NCBI GenBank assembly: GCA_049999805.1
Contig: JBNGIO010005900.1
Span: forward strand, 1-64,000
Direction of reading: 5' to 3'
Length of the DNA stretch: 64,000 bases
Source: Folioceros fuciformis
Taxonomy: Eukaryota
The notes beneath the pieces were generated by a model. It was not told the DNA's origin. It saw only the letters and a program-made list of their open reading frames with translations, and ran no database searches. How positions within the stretch are numbered: position 1 is the stretch's first letter; every line of letters starts with the position of its first letter. Positions 35,399-48,654 of the stretch are shown here, one piece after another. The translations under genes were made by a program, and so were the position numbers.

Positions 35399-35916
35399 AT
35401 GGGAAATGTTAGGTTGAACAGAACTGTATATGTCCTAAAACAAAATACAAAAAATGCCGCCTGGCCTGCAGCCCCGGACCTCGCCTCGTGATGGACGGCA
35501 CAAACGGACAGGCAAGTTTTCTCTTTGCCGCGACCACAGTCAGTCCAGCGTTCTCCATCCTGCCGGATGGCGGAAGCCGGAAGCCGCCGAAACCGAAGCA
35601 ACAACAACTAGAGACACTTTGTAGGACCCGCGCCCTTCCCAAGCAGTGTGCCGGGCTCTCCAGAGCTGAAATTTTGAGACATGAAATCTCGAGCCTCTAT
35701 GAGCAACCCTGGGGACCTGGATGTTCATTGATTATCACGACGTGCCGAACGCGGAGACGGCTCCCTGTGGAACAAGACCCTCGAGGATGTGCTGGGAAGC
35801 TTCTCGGCCGGCTCGACTGTGCCACACAACATAAGCAACGGCGATGCCCAGAAGTCACAGCGCATTGCCGAATTCAATCTCCAGGGTCGAGGAATCAGAA
35901 GATTTCGAAAATCGAG

Positions 35917-36886
35917 ATGAAGCAACTTTCACAGCTCGGTGTCGCATTTGCATTGCCGCTGCTGCTGGTAGCGGCTTTGTCCCACATTCAGCCCACGCTT
36001 GCAGCAGGCGGCAGGATTTTCTTCACGGACGGCTATGGGTTCCGTGCGGACAGGAAGTTGTATCAGATCCACGGTGTCCTGCTCTGGTTCGCTTTCGGGC
36101 TGGTGTTTCCCGTCGGCATCATCGTCGCCAAGTATTGCAAGACGCGTCTCAGGCAGCACTGGCTCAGCATCCACGTTGGCCTCCAGGTGATTCTCGGAAT
36201 TCCGTTGCGTGCTTGCGTGCGTGCGTGCATGCGTGCATGCGTGGGAGGAGAGAAGATTTGGAATTTGAAAGAACCAGCATTTTGAATGTGACTGTACCAG
36301 GTGCTAGGAGTGGCAGCGACCACCGCGGGCCTTGTGATTGCCATAACTAAATTCGATGCCTTCTGGAAATCACTCCACTCTAAGGTGGGATTCGTGCTGG
36401 CTGTCATCATCTGGGCGCAGTTCATCATCGGCCTAGCTCGACCTCGAATGTGCGTACCCGCAAGAGTGCTGCAGATGAATGCATTATGCGCTAGTAGCTG
36501 CGATGCCGTGGGAATTGGCGGGAATGTCTTACCGTGTCTGGGTTGCGCTTGGCCATTGCAGATACTCCCCTGTGCGAGCAGGTTGGTACTTTACACACTG
36601 GCTTCTAGGTACGGGGTCGGTCATCCTGGGCTGGTACACCATCTACAAAGGCTTGAAGATCTACGAGCGAGATAGCGGTGACAGTCTACACGTGAGATCC
36701 CGCTCCACGAATCTCATCTCACACGGCTCCTCAATTCCTCTCCCCTTCCCTGAGCCCCGCCTAAATTCGCGTCATGCGTGTTTGCAGATATTTTTCATCC
36801 TGTTCGTCGTGGAAATCTCGGTGGTTGGATTCGTCTACCTGCTTCTGGATAGGTGGGATCACCTTTGGCACCAGACCTTGCGTTAG
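35917..36886 (+). CDS. Cytochrome b561 domain-containing membrane protein; 4 exons
   Basis: Signal peptide-like N-terminus and four heme-ligand His segments: IHGVLLWFAFG, SIHVGLQ, SLHSKVG, WYFTHWLLG. Ends in YLLLDRWDHL. GT-AG introns. Confidence 0.88.
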
Positions 36887-38436
36887 AGCAAGGCAGGACC
36901 ACGTTTTCGCAACTCGGCCGCAAGCGACTCTGCTCCATCCGGGACTCCATGCCAATGATCACTTGGCCATCTTCACTGTTGTGAGCTGCTACTTTTGTGA
37001 TTTCCTCGTCTGTCAAGCTTGTGATAAGAGGAAACCGGGTGGGGGAGAGTGTTCTTTTGTGGATTGCACCTCTATGTAGCGACAACGCAATCTTCGAAGA
37101 AGCAGTGGTTCCCAAATCTGAACCACGACTTGTAGAATTAGCGAGCACTTGGAATCCAAGTGGCTGTTCTGTAGACCATCTCTTCCTGCTCATACGAAGC
37201 TGGAGGAAGCCCGTCTATTCAGTCCCCATTGTTTTGGTACGTAGACAAATCTCTTGGTTTGCAAAGTTGCAAGCCTAGATTGGTGCCATTTTACACCATA
37301 TCAAACTCAAATTCATCAACCAGCGCAAAAGAGAACTCAGAGCTCAGCTCAGATTTCGGTGAATGACACAACGCTGCTATGTGGGAGCAAATATATGTAC
37401 ATATTTCTATCTGTGTTTGAATAAGTCAGATCGGAGAAGAGAGCCATCACCATCACCCAGTTGCTTCACTTAGATTGAGTGCCTCTCGCTCTCCAAGATA
37501 TATAGTACGCAGAAAAACCACCACCGTTTCACACTTCCCAAGTTACCTAGCCTAGGTACAGACGTACATGTACTCTAGTTGCCCAAGAACGTGCCGCTTT
37601 ACATATGAGTGCGGGAACCTGACAAAATCCACAGGTGTCGAACCAAAATTTGCCCACTTGTTACCGGCTCCTCATAGCACCGAGTCCACCAGCTGCCCCT
37701 TGAATTGCTCCGGTCCTCGCTTGGGGCACTTGTCGGCATCTATGCTGCCGCCACGTACTCATTTCTCCACCAGCTTAAGACGTTCCTCTTGTTGCGTTCG
37801 GAGTGTTTCCTCGGGACTCAGGCTTTACAGACTGGGCGCTGTGTCCGCTGGTGGTCCGAGGTCTCTCCGGGAGCCGCCTCCCATGACACTTGTGCAACCA
37901 GGAGCCTCTGGACAGCCCGTGTCAGCCGTCAATGGCTCCGAGGACTGATGCTCCCCTAGCAGCGACGTCGTGGCACCCGTTATATCGCGTTCCCAAGGAG
38001 GTCACGGTTGCGCGTTGCATTCCGTGTTCCTTGCCTGTGGTGCTGGCTCGTCGCACCTCCATTTGGCAGGTCTCCGAATTCCAGATCTGGTACCTGAGAG
38101 GTAGGCGGGGTTTAGGTCGAACCGGAGGCTGCAGGGCCGGATTGCAGGAGTCGCTGAGGTCTTGGAGTCTTCTGGTGGAGGAAACATCGGGTTTGGATCG
38201 AAGACCCACAGGCTGTGCAATTCCCCTTGATTTCGGGGTTCTAAGAGCCTGTGTTGCTTGACACACCTTCGCATGCGCTGGCTAAGGTTCTCCGTCAGCT
38301 GAATTCGGAGCAGCGTCGGTTGATCTGTTGCTCAGAGGAGAGTCTTGAAAAGTGGTGAACCGGGGGTTCAGTGTTGCTGTATTCGGTTCTTTTAGCAGAT
38401 TTAGTTCCGAAGCAGAACGGGTACTTCGGCTCAGCC

Positions 38437-39782
38437 ATGACAGGACGCGAACATGAGGGAGACAGAGACGGGTCGGGCCGGAGGCTGGCGAAGCAAATGT
38501 ATGCTGCGGGGCTTGCAGGGATGCTTGCTGATGGGACTATGTTTCCCATGATGACTGTCAAGTCTCGCATGCAGGTAAGTGGATGTGCAATGCGTGTGGG
38601 GGACTGTTCGGAGTTTTGTTCTGGTGCTTCGCTGACTCCCGGTAGACTGATGACCTTCTTCTATCAGGTTCAAGGAGGAGGGGGAGGCAAAGCATTGTAC
38701 ATGTACAAAGGTCCTTTGGATGCCATTAGAACTATAGCTGCGAAAGAAGGAATGAAGACTCTGTACAAGGGCTACGGAACTGTGGCTCTGACGGCTCCAG
38801 GGCAGGGCGTATACATGGGGACATACCAAACGGTGAAGAGGTTTCTTCCAGGTACTTCGCTGGTTCGAGTTCTGAGGTGTCTTGTCTTGTCCTTTCGGCC
38901 ACCTTCCCTGTTGCGATGCTCATGTTCTTTGGCTTCTGTCTGCAGGAGGGGAGGAGAATCCGCTGGTCCACTTCTCCGGAGGTTTGATAGCGACACTTGT
39001 TCAGTCTATATTTATGGTGCCTGTTGAGATTATTCGACAACGGCAGATGGTCCAAACTACTGGAGCTGGTGCGTACACGGTATGTCTTTCCCTCGCTTAC
39101 TCCGGATGAGCAACTGCCTGTTGTAGGCGGGCAATACTTATCGTATGTTTAATAATTAGTTCCATGTCTGACATTGGGCTTCGCAGGGCTCCCTGCATGC
39201 TGTCACAAGCATCTACCGGCAAGAGGGTTTGGGGGCTTTGTACAGAGGCTTCTTTCTTGCTCAAATGGTCTGGGGGCCTTACAATGCAATCTACTTTCCT
39301 CTCTGGGAGGGAACGAAAAGGTTCTCCGTATGGTACTCAGGAGCAGAATCTGTTTCGAAGCTTGATATGAGGTGGGAACTTGCCAGCTCATTCTGCAGCG
39401 CCGCATTCTCTGCTGGAGTCACTAACCCCATGGTAAGCCCTTATCTCTGGCTCTAGTGCAAAGGTGATTTTTCCAAAATTTTCAATCTTTCATAAACATA
39501 CACAACCGCCCGGTTCAATCTTGACCTGGACTAATTCTAAAGAGAGCTGACTATGGATGTCTGCAGGATATTATCAAAACAAGGCTACAGGTGCAAGGAA
39601 AAAGCAATGTATCCAATAGTACGAAGTACGACGGAGCTTTAGATGCTGCAAGGTCGATTTGGAGACAGGAAGGTTGGCAGGGTTTCACTAGGGGTGCAAC
39701 ATCAAGAATGCTGTGGGTTGCCCCGTCCAGCATGATTATGTTCACCACGTTCGACCAAATCATGAAAAGGCTTGCCTCCTAA
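38437..39782 (+). CDS. Mitochondrial substrate carrier (SLC25 family); multi-exon, substrate unassigned
   Basis: Three carrier repeats with Px[D/E]xx[K/R]x[R/K]-type signatures: FPMMTVKSRMQ (degenerate), VPVEIIRQRQM, NPM|DIIKTRLQ. Also EGMKTLYKG and EGWQGFTRG. Confidence 0.92.
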
Positions 39783-40315
39783 ACCCCATAGTCAATTGCT
39801 GTGGCGGAACACGATTGCTGTTAATGAAAGCATGAATGCGCTGCCACACGAGGCATTCTGATTTTTCGTCAATGCGACGTTGCCCCACAGTAGTAACGAT
39901 GGTGAAGAGGAACGGGCCTGATAATTACCCAGTGTAGACAGGAGGAGGCATTTTTTTGAGTGAAAGCGTGCAGGCACAAAGCCACAAATGGCGATGAAAT
40001 GGAATGTAGGCTTCCATGATATCCAGATCGTTTTGAACGACTGAACTATGTGCACGGGCACAGTGCAATTCTGTTGCATCAGACCCCACGATCACCTGTT
40101 CTGCTTCCTGGCGTACACGTAGAGGTCCGAGGGGGAAAGAAGTTGAACCTGGTGATGCAAGTAATTGAAGAAGGTGCACCGACTCGTATGCCTTTTCACC
40201 CTAACTGATCAGAGTAACTGTTTTCCAGGAAGGGAGAAAGAAGCTATTGCTGACCAGGGCTATGTTGTATTTGGCTACTTGGAGGCGCGGATAATGCGAA
40301 GATAACAACTGAACG

Positions 40316-41548
40316 ATGGGAGAACAGCATGAAGGAGTACTCACGTGTGTTCGCTCGGATGACTCCCTTAAAAGGAGGGACTGGGGACTTCTGCCGGAGG
40401 AATTCTGGGAATCAGTGGTGGCATCTTTGCCTCTGTCCAGCCTATACCAAGCTCTCATGGTGTGCAAGGTGTGGAACATGTTCATCTTCTCCTCCCGCTT
40501 TTGGGAAATGTCTTTGGCTCACAAGCCTTTCAACAATTCATGCTCGTCCTCCTTTCCATTCTTTGTGCATAAGAAAGGCCGTCGAGTCAGGGTGGGTTTG
40601 GCATACAATCCGACATTGGACAGATGGCACAAGCTTCCAGCTCTGTTCTTTCCTCCTTCAGCACAGATGTCCAGGAATTCTGGAAAGAAGCGTGACAGGT
40701 ATCCATTATTTGGGAGTCAAGGGGTGATGTGCTATGCAAAAGGGATTCATCCCAATGACAATCTAGCACACGCCTATGGAGCCTACACATTTACCGTCTT
40801 CAACGTCCACAAAAAATGGTGGAGAGAACTGCCTAATCTGGAGGGCAGACCTGGCCTCTACTCTTTTCAGATGTTGGTCACAGGAGATGCGGAGTTCAAG
40901 GTGTTTGCAACAAATGCCTTCTTCGAAAGGGGAGTCCTATCCGTGTTCGACTCTTCTCCCGCCAGCAATTCATGGTTGGACGTACCATTTCCACGTTGCT
41001 ATGATCCACCATGGGCTTGGGAAAGCTGTAGAACCACAATCTCCACAGATAAAAAGTTCCTCTACTGTATGGACAGGACCCCAAGTAAAACAGACGTCAT
41101 TGCTTATGACATTGACCAACAGATGTGGAAGGATATCACGCTGGACGTGACGCGGATTCCAGGGGGTTTGATAACAGAATGGAGTAAGCTGGTGGAATGC
41201 GAGGGGCACTTGTACATGAACGTGATGCGCTCCCATTGCCCCCCTTTGCTGGTGAAGCTCAATACTACACTAAAGGAGTGGGAGCAGATCTCAACATTTC
41301 CCCATCTCAAGCACGAAGATGGTTCACTCTGGATTCCAGAGTCTTCCTACCACTGGTACCATTCCGATTCATGCGGGTGTTTTGCAGAGAAAGGCAGACT
41401 GTTTTACGTCATGAAGGACACCAAGTTTCCAAGACATCGATGGAGAATTCTGCTGTACGAAATTCCCAAACGATCGTGGAGGGTGGTGCCTGTGCCCAAC
41501 ATCTTCAAAGCAACCAAATACAGGCTGATACTGTCTTCCATCCAATAG
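40316..41548 (+). CDS. F-box protein with kelch/FBA-like beta-propeller C-terminus; intronless
   Basis: F-box WGLLPEEFWESVVASLPLSSLYQALMVCKVWN, followed by AYNPTLDRWHKLP, FNVHKKWWRELP, IAYDIDQQMWK and LVECEGHLY. Confidence 0.88.
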   Translation: MGEQHEGVLTCVRSDDSLKRRDWGLLPEEFWESVVASLPLSSLYQALMVCKVWNMFIFSSRFWEMSLAHKPFNNSCSSSFPFFVHKKGRRVRVGLAYNPTLDRWHKLPALFFPPSAQMSRNSGKKRDRYPLFGSQGVMCYAKGIHPNDNLAHAYGAYTFTVFNVHKKWWRELPNLEGRPGLYSFQMLVTGDAEFKVFATNAFFERGVLSVFDSSPASNSWLDVPFPRCYDPPWAWESCRTTISTDKKFLYCMDRTPSKTDVIAYDIDQQMWKDITLDVTRIPGGLITEWSKLVECEGHLYMNVMRSHCPPLLVKLNTTLKEWEQISTFPHLKHEDGSLWIPESSYHWYHSDSCGCFAEKGRLFYVMKDTKFPRHRWRILLYEIPKRSWRVVPVPNIFKATKYRLILSSIQ

Positions 41549-43851
41549 CCAGTAGATTGTCGTGGGAAGCAATTCCAGATGTCGGAGTGTTAGCTTAACT
41601 GAAACATTGCAAAACCTAGTTTCACAAACGGTGGCGAACACTTTTGCCTCCTGCAGTAACTCCTTCCGTCGGAGTTCGGTTGGACAGTTTCTTGTTTCTT
41701 CTTGGGCAACAATTATTCTCCCTCGTGGATGCAATGGTCACTGCCCAGACCAGCTCCGCGATGGCGCTAACGCCCGTAGGTCCGCGCAAAAGATTCTTCG
41801 ATCTGAAGAAACCCAGCATGCTGGTTGTTTCGTTCAGCTGGATGGATGATGTTCTTGCCAAGGGGACTCGTCAATTTGCAGGGAGTCGCAACAACAGGCT
41901 GAGGGTTAGGCTGCAGGCCAAATGGGACGGAACACCTGTTTTCGACTCAAAGGGCACTGATGCTCAGGTATGCTTGTTGCCATCCACGACTCGTTTGCGC
42001 TCTGTTGAGGATGCGTTGGCGAGTTACTACATCGGCTTCTCTGCTAGTCAGGAAGGAAGCCTTGGGGAGCAAGAGGAGAATGCTTTCGGGGCATCTACTG
42101 CAGGTGATGTAATGTTTGTAAAGCTGTGGATTTTATCTGTACATCGCCTGGGAGGAAGGGGCTGTGGAATCCCAAACAACACAACAGAGCTGGTTTTTGC
42201 ACCTTGAATCGCTGCGTTCAGGGGGGCAACTGCGGTCGAAGGAGAGTGCGTGGTCGAAGTATTCTGCTCAAAGTGAAGAGTAAATGTCTTTCAGCATGAC
42301 TACCGTGGAATAGTACTTCATCTATCTATCTCCCGGCAGATTGTGCTTACGATGTTAGATATCCCATTCCCATGTAGAATCGTGGTGTCCTACGCTGTTC
42401 TTGAGCTGATCCAACTGTCCATGGCAGACTCACACAAAAGCTGAGGAGGTACGGATCAGCTGGTGTTTTGGCATACGGCCTTTTCAACACAGTGTACTAC
42501 CTAGGAGCTTTTATGTTTGTCTGGTAACGCAACGTGCCAACATGGTGATCTCTCACAACTCTACGGTGTGATTCACATTTGCTAAGCATCATGGGTTGCT
42601 TGTTCAGGTTTTTTGTGACACCTTCACCTGGAGGTCTCGGTTTTCGTGAGGCAGCCCAAAGGTACCTGAAATTGCGTTGCACCCTACGGCAGTACATCAG
42701 ATAATCTGTATTCTCCTACAACCTGATCTGTTCTGATAGGCTCATGCATGTGCAGGTTCTTCAAGGTTTTTGCAATGGTGTGGGCTGGAAGCCAGGTCAC
42801 CAAGCTGTTTCGGGCTGGAGGGTGGGTCCTGGATATACTCCAATGTCCAGCAACTGCACATTGATTGAGCCTTCTCTAACATCCCTACTTGTGCAGCGCT
42901 CTAGCTTTGGCCCCTGCAGTGGACGCGGGGTTGAACTGGTTTACCTACAGGTTCAATGTCCAGTCAAAAGGCAAGGTACCCTCTCCAAACCATCTCCTGT
43001 TAACCACGTCTTCTGCGGCCACTTGTTATTTGCTCTATTGACCTATTTCAGCTCTTTTCTGGCAGGCATTTGGCATAGTGGTCGGTGGTTGTGTCTTTCT
43101 GGCAGTTGTGGTTTTCTTACTCATCACAAGCCTGTGGGCTTAATAAGATTGAAGAAGGACTTTCCTCCGTCAGAGCTATGTATGGAAGTACCGCTAGTCT
43201 ATGATCGCAAGAGTTCCAAGTTGTTGGCCAGCGCTTGACTTCCAAGTTTTGTAGCTTAGTCTACATTTTAGGCAACTAAATAATCAATTGATTAAATGGA
43301 TAAATCATATGTAAAGTCGGGTCGGGTGTGCTGTACGTCTTGGCTGCATGGTTTCTCTTCCCGAGACTCGTGGACTGAACAGGCGCTCTCTGCTTCCTGG
43401 GCACACGCTATGGGATTACGACTATGTATGACCTTCATAGCGTGTCGTGGCCTCGAAAGAATTGCCTTGGATATAGCTGCCTGGATCGCGTAGCTGGACA
43501 TGCATGGTAAGTTTGCGAAGGGCAGGGTAGGCCGAAGACTGCCGGACGATGTGCTGGAGATCTTGTTCGGTCAGTCCGGCCACATTACGATATGGGAGAT
43601 ATGGCAAAGACATTTAGGGAGCTGTCCGATTGGGAAGATGCATGTTGTGCTGTTCGATAGCTGCCAAACAGAAGAGCTGTGTGCTGTCAGCTGTTCAAAT
43701 AGGTGGTCCGCTTACGTTCGCCGTAGTGGTGGTTACTCTAACAAGTCCTGTGCACTGGCGTTCGGCAGAGAGTCTGCCACTGACATTGGCTCCATTGCAG
43801 CGTGGGATGCCATCAGACTCACAGGTGGGAAGGTGGTTCCTGAGTGCAAAC

Positions 43852-43983
43852 ATGACGTTGCAAAGAAAAGCCTTTGTAGAGAACCTGAGGAGGACCAATT
43901 TCAGTATTGGAGCTGCAGAGCGGAATCCCTTGGCTGGGGACTACAACGAGTCAATGAGGCAGCTCTCCCTAGCATTGTACCCA
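43852..43983 (+). pseudogene. 5' fragment of a second sacsin/NOV-like gene, truncated by the repeat island
   Basis: MTLQRKAFVENLRRTNFSIGAAERNPLAGDYNESMRQLSLALY aligns with MVTTRKVFVEELRRVKFSIGACERNPLAEDYNEAIKQLSVALY at 26863. Similarity stops abruptly after ALY. Confidence 0.88.
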
Positions 43984-44009
43984 ACCTAGAACATTATATC
44001 CGGCTTAAG

Positions 44010-44495
44010 CATCATGGTTTCTCATCATCACTATGAGCATTCCATCATCATCACTATGAGCATTCCATCATCACTATGAGCATTCCATGTTAAGGTTTCT
44101 CATCATCATCACTACGAGCATTCTATATCAAGATTTCTCATCATTACTACCAGCATTATGAGCATGAAGGTTATTATGAAGGTTTTTTATCATCATTATG
44201 AGCATTCCATATCGAAATTAAGCTTCGTTAAGCTTCATCGTTACGAACATTCCGTGTCTCAAAATTAAGCTTCATTAAGCTTCATGGTTACGAGCATTCC
44301 ATGTCTCGAAATTAAGCTTTATTAAGCTTCATCGTTACGAGCATTCCGTGTCTCAAAATTAAGCTTCATTAACCTTCATCACTATGAGCATTGCAATCCA
44401 TGTCTCGAAATTAAGCTTCATTAAGCTTCATCACTATGAGCATTCCATGGCTGAAAATTAAGCTTCATCAATATTCCATTTCTCGAAATTAAGTT
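44010..44495. repeat. Compound minisatellite: (catcatcactatgagcattc)-type units, then about 5-6 copies of a 47-bp unit
   Basis: aaattaagcttcattaagcttcatcgttacgagcattccgtgtctc units start at ~44215, 44262, 44309, 44356, 44408 and 44455. Confidence 0.92.
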
Positions 44496-45109
44496 GATTC
44501 AAGTCTACCTTCAACCACATTACTACTGATTCAAGTCTATATTCAATATTCAACATATTACTACTTACTCTCTCTTACCATATTCAAAATATTTTCAATA
44601 ATTTTTTCTAATAATTAGTAACAAGTAAAGTCGTTTTCAATAATTTTTAATGATTGGTAACAAGTGAAGTCATAAGGAAAAAATCTGTTACATATTAAAA
44701 CCTATTACATATCTCATCTAATATTTTATGAGCATGAGCATCATTGTCATTGTGTTTTCAATAATTTCTAATGATTGATAACAAGTTAAGTCATTTTCAA
44801 TAATTTTTAAAAATTGATAAAAAATCAAGTCATAAGGAGGAAAAAATTCAATTTACTTTAAGCTATGTCTCAACTGATATTTTATTTTATGAACAGCAAC
44901 CTCATTCAGAAGAGGCAAAACATTAATATAATTCTTAACTCTCAGAACGGAGTCTAAGGAAGTGGGAGCACAAGGAGGAGCGCAAGGAGAGCAAGCTAGG
45001 GACAAGCAAGGAACTCCCACTCCCTATGTTATTGTGCAAGCACCTTCCTCTACTCTAAAGCTCCCAAAATGCTAATCCTTAGCTAATCTCAAGTTCTCTT
45101 TGAAGTTGT

Positions 45110-46030
45110 ATCCGCTCGTGATCAGAAGTCATTTCCACTAGTGATCAGAAGTCATTTCCACTAGTGATCTTAAGTGTCTAAGTGTCGTGCTGTGGTGCTA
45201 AACATCACACTCATGCATGGTTCATTAGTTAACAATACTCACACCACACCACATTACACACACATTAAACACCGCATGATGGTGTTGCAATTCTATAAAA
45301 GTGAAGTGTTTGCTTCCTTCAGACACCACATCCACACTTCTTAGAGCTACAACTTGGCTTCTTAAATCCTCGATCAAGTCATATAATCTTGCACATTGCG
45401 CACACGCACACCTCAACCGGATTTCCAACAAGAGAATGTTCCCCCAAGAGAAAGCCTATTCCCCAGAAAGCAAGAGAATACAAGCTTATTCCAACAAGAG
45501 AATGCTCCCTCAAGACAAAGCCTATTCCCAGAAAGCAAGAGAATACAAGCTTATAGCTACAGCTAATACTGTTGAGCTAAGCTTTTATGCCTACTACCTC
45601 AGACCTATTGCACCCACATTCACACATATAGTTGTGTGTCTATCTAGTTGACTTTATATTCTATTTTCTAATCATCTCCACTAAATTATTATTAATTACC
45701 ACTAATTCCATTTATTAGCATCACTTAATTATTAATTAATTACTATTTGCATATATCTAAGAGACAACACACAATCATATTTGACACAAGTCTTACCCTA
45801 CTCTTGATCTCAAGTCTTGCTAAGTCGTGTCCGCTAATAATCTCAAGTCCTACTGTGCTCTTGATCTCAAGTCTTGCTAAGTCATATCCACTAGTGATCT
45901 CCNNNNNNNNNNCTACTCTTGATGTCACATCTTGCTAAGTTGTGTCTACTAGTGATCTCTAGTTGTACCTTGCTCTTGATCTCAAGTCTTGGGATCTCAA
46001 GTTCTGCCCCACTCTTGATCTCAAGTCTTG
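45110..46030. repeat. Cluster of short direct and tandem repeats in AT-rich, TE-like DNA (includes a 10-N gap)
   Basis: gtgatcagaagtcatttccacta twice (45118-45165); a ~66-bp duplication at 45422-45553; ctcttgatctcaagtcttg repeated across 45800-46030. Confidence 0.85.
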
Positions 46031-46229
46031 CTTGGTCTTAATATGAAGTACTACCTCGCTTGTGTTCTAACCTCCCATTTATTTTACATTATAATGATGG
46101 AGCGATGTGGCCTAGGGCGGAATAGTGCACTACGGTGGAGCGGTAGGGCCTAGGACGGAATGGTGGAGCAGTATGGTGCAGTGCACTATTGTGGAAGGGT
46201 GTGGCCGTATACGCAAGAGTGTGCTGTAG

Positions 46230-46795
46230 AGCATGGGTTTAGGTTTAGCAATGGTATATTGGATGAAAATGGTATACCAACATGGTGGAGGAAGCAAGTA
46301 AGGTTTAGGGTTTAGCTGTAGGGCAAAGCGGAATGAGTTTGGTGTTTAGTAAAATGGCATAGCAGAATGAGATTAGGATTTAGTGGCATCGCAGAGCAAC
46401 AAGGGTTTATAGTTTACAAGCATGGCAGCAGTAGAATGGATTTAGGGCATGGCAGGGGAGAATGGATGTAGGGTTTAGAGGCATTGTAGAGAAAAATAGG
46501 TTTAGGATTTAGCAACATGATGGAGCAAAATAGGTTTAGGGTTTAGCCACATGGCAGAGTGGAGTGGGTTTAGGATGTAGCGACATAGTGGAGAAAAATG
46601 GCTTAGGGTTTTATCAACATTATGGGGCAAAAATGGGTTTAGGGTTTTGTGACAGGGCAGAGTTTAGGGTTTAGGGTTAGGTTACACGATGGGGAAAAGT
46701 GGGTTTAGCGTTTTATAAACATTGTGGAGCAAAATGGGTCTAAGGTTGAGCGGCTTAGAGTGGAGCATATGGAGGGCATTGTACGGTTATGGGTT
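46230..46795 (+). repeat. Degenerate interstitial telomere-like (GGGTTTA) minisatellite
   Basis: Recurrent ggtttagggtttag cores separated by gcatggcagagcaaaat-like linkers, including gagtttagggtttagggttagg at ~46660. Confidence 0.8.
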
Positions 46796-47399
46796 ACAAT
46801 GAGGAGTACAATTGTTTGGTTTTGATTATTTTACAAGACTTTCTACATGCCTCTATCACATGGCGCATGACACTTAGCCTTTATCTGTCAAGGACACCCC
46901 TTGCCTAGTGTGTTCTCAACTTTGCTCTAGGGTCAAGGGGGTGAAGTGCCGTATTGGTCACAAGCATATGGACTTCGATAGGACCACTTGGGTGGCACAA
47001 GTGCGACTTGCTTCTTCCTCCGAACCACCTACCAATCCTCTTATAACAGATTCTCTGGGGCCATCCCTGGGAGGCTTGGTTGTGGCTTCAAGGGCAATCT
47101 GATTACTTGTTGGCTCTTTTCCATGCTCGTTTTCCATGTCCTCGCCTCTTCCGACGTCTCCCTAGTCGCCTACATGATGATATTCGCCTTGCTTAACATC
47201 TTCCCTTGGATCGCCTTGCTCGGGACCCAAGGGATGAGGGTGCTTGGATTTTGTTCCTTTTCCTGCCAAGATGGTGCCTTCGGCGCTCTAGGGGTGGTCT
47301 GTCAGGTCATACGGAGGTGGCCTCTCGACTTTGCCGTTTTCGATCCAGAGATTAGCAAGCTCTTCAGGAGGAGGATCTACTAGCAGCAAAATCTCGATT

Positions 47400-48375
47400 G
47401 GAGTTAGCTAAGGTTGACAAGGTATGCCATGACCCATTTAAAGCGCGTCTCAAGCGGTGTCTCATGTTGGGCAGGGATGGTGAATATGCTCGGGCTGCTA
47501 GAGCATTGCACCCAGAGCCGGCTGCATCCGCAACTAAGGACGCCATTGCTGCACTTCGTGCCCTTCATCCAGAACCTCATGACACTATACTGCAAGATCT
47601 TCTTGACCACGCAGTTGAGGAGCCTTTTTGCTTGGATAGGGTTGTTTTTGGGCATGTACTCTCTTCTGCACCGTGATAGTTTATGACCATTTTCAAGATT
47701 GTTTTTCTCCTGAGGATCCCTCAAGTGGTTTTTCGGGGCTTTATACACTAGCAACTGCTGTGGCTAGGGGTGAAGGTTGCAATCGAATCTCTCAAGTTTT
47801 GGCGGCTAGTAGGCTACTTGCATTGGAAAAGCCCACCTCAGGAGTGAGCCCCATTGATGTGGGGGAGGTATTTTTGCGCCTTATCGGCCGAAGTATCGCA
47901 ATTCAACTTCGGGAGTACTTCCAAGCGCATCTTGCACCCCACCAATTTGGGATTGTTACCCCAGGTGGGTGTGAATCTGCCACTCTCGGCATCCAGGCGG
48001 GCCCTAAGTTACATCCTCACTAGGTAGCTTTGCAGGTTGATATTGAGAATGCTTTTAACACCGTCTCTAGGGTCGCCATCTTCTCGGAGCTCAAGAGTGC
48101 ATGAGGTCAATTGGCAAGTCTTATCCCTTTTGTTTGGTTCTTCTTTGGCNNNNNNNNNNNNNNNNNNNNNNNNNNNNNNNNNNNNNNNNNNNNNNNNNNN
48201 NNNNNNNNNNNNNNNNNNNNNNNNNNNNNNNNNNNNNNNNNNNNNNNNNTTCTATGGCTCGACATCCAAGCTCTACTACCAACACGACCCAACTATTGAG
48301 GGGGCCTGAGTTTTCGATTCAGCAACAAGCACAAGGCAAGGGGATCTGCTGGGGGGTGCTCTTTTTGCTCTTATA
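47400..48375 (+). mobile_element. Degenerate non-LTR retrotransposon reverse-transcriptase relic, CRE/R2-like early-branching clade
   Basis: GEYARAARAL...LRALHP; RLLALEKPTSGVSPIDVGEVFLRL; LAPHQFGIVTPGGCE; LQVDIENAFNTVSR; FYGSTSKLYY; TRQGDLLGGALFAL. Contains stops, frameshifts and a 100-N gap. Confidence 0.82.
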
Positions 48376-48654
48376 TAAAATACCATTTTACATTGGATAA
48401 GTCAAAATGTCTACAATCTCTGCACTATCTTTAATTTTTTTTCATAAATTATTATTATTATAAAAATTAAAATAATATTTATAGAATTAGATTGTAGTGA
48501 TAGAGAGAGTATGTCTATATTTATAAATATATATAATATTTATAGAAAAAAATTAATATTACTCCTTAATTAAGGTGTACTCAAACCCTGGTTAGGTAGA
48601 ACATTTGTAGAGATATAACATTTAGGGAAATCACACTCAATGTTGGACAAGAAC

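Noticed and set aside
37690-37960. Protein-like minus-strand stretch with in-frame stops
   Set aside because: No family recognised, and it is indistinguishable from chance.
41644-43620. ORFs of 60-190 aa between the F-box gene and the pseudogene fragment
   Set aside because: No motif recognised and no consistent splice model. Possibly decayed coding DNA, but not supportable.
44215-44495. Regular repeats resembling a CRISPR array
   Set aside because: The units are contiguous with no unique spacers, there are no cas genes, and the context is eukaryotic. It is a minisatellite.
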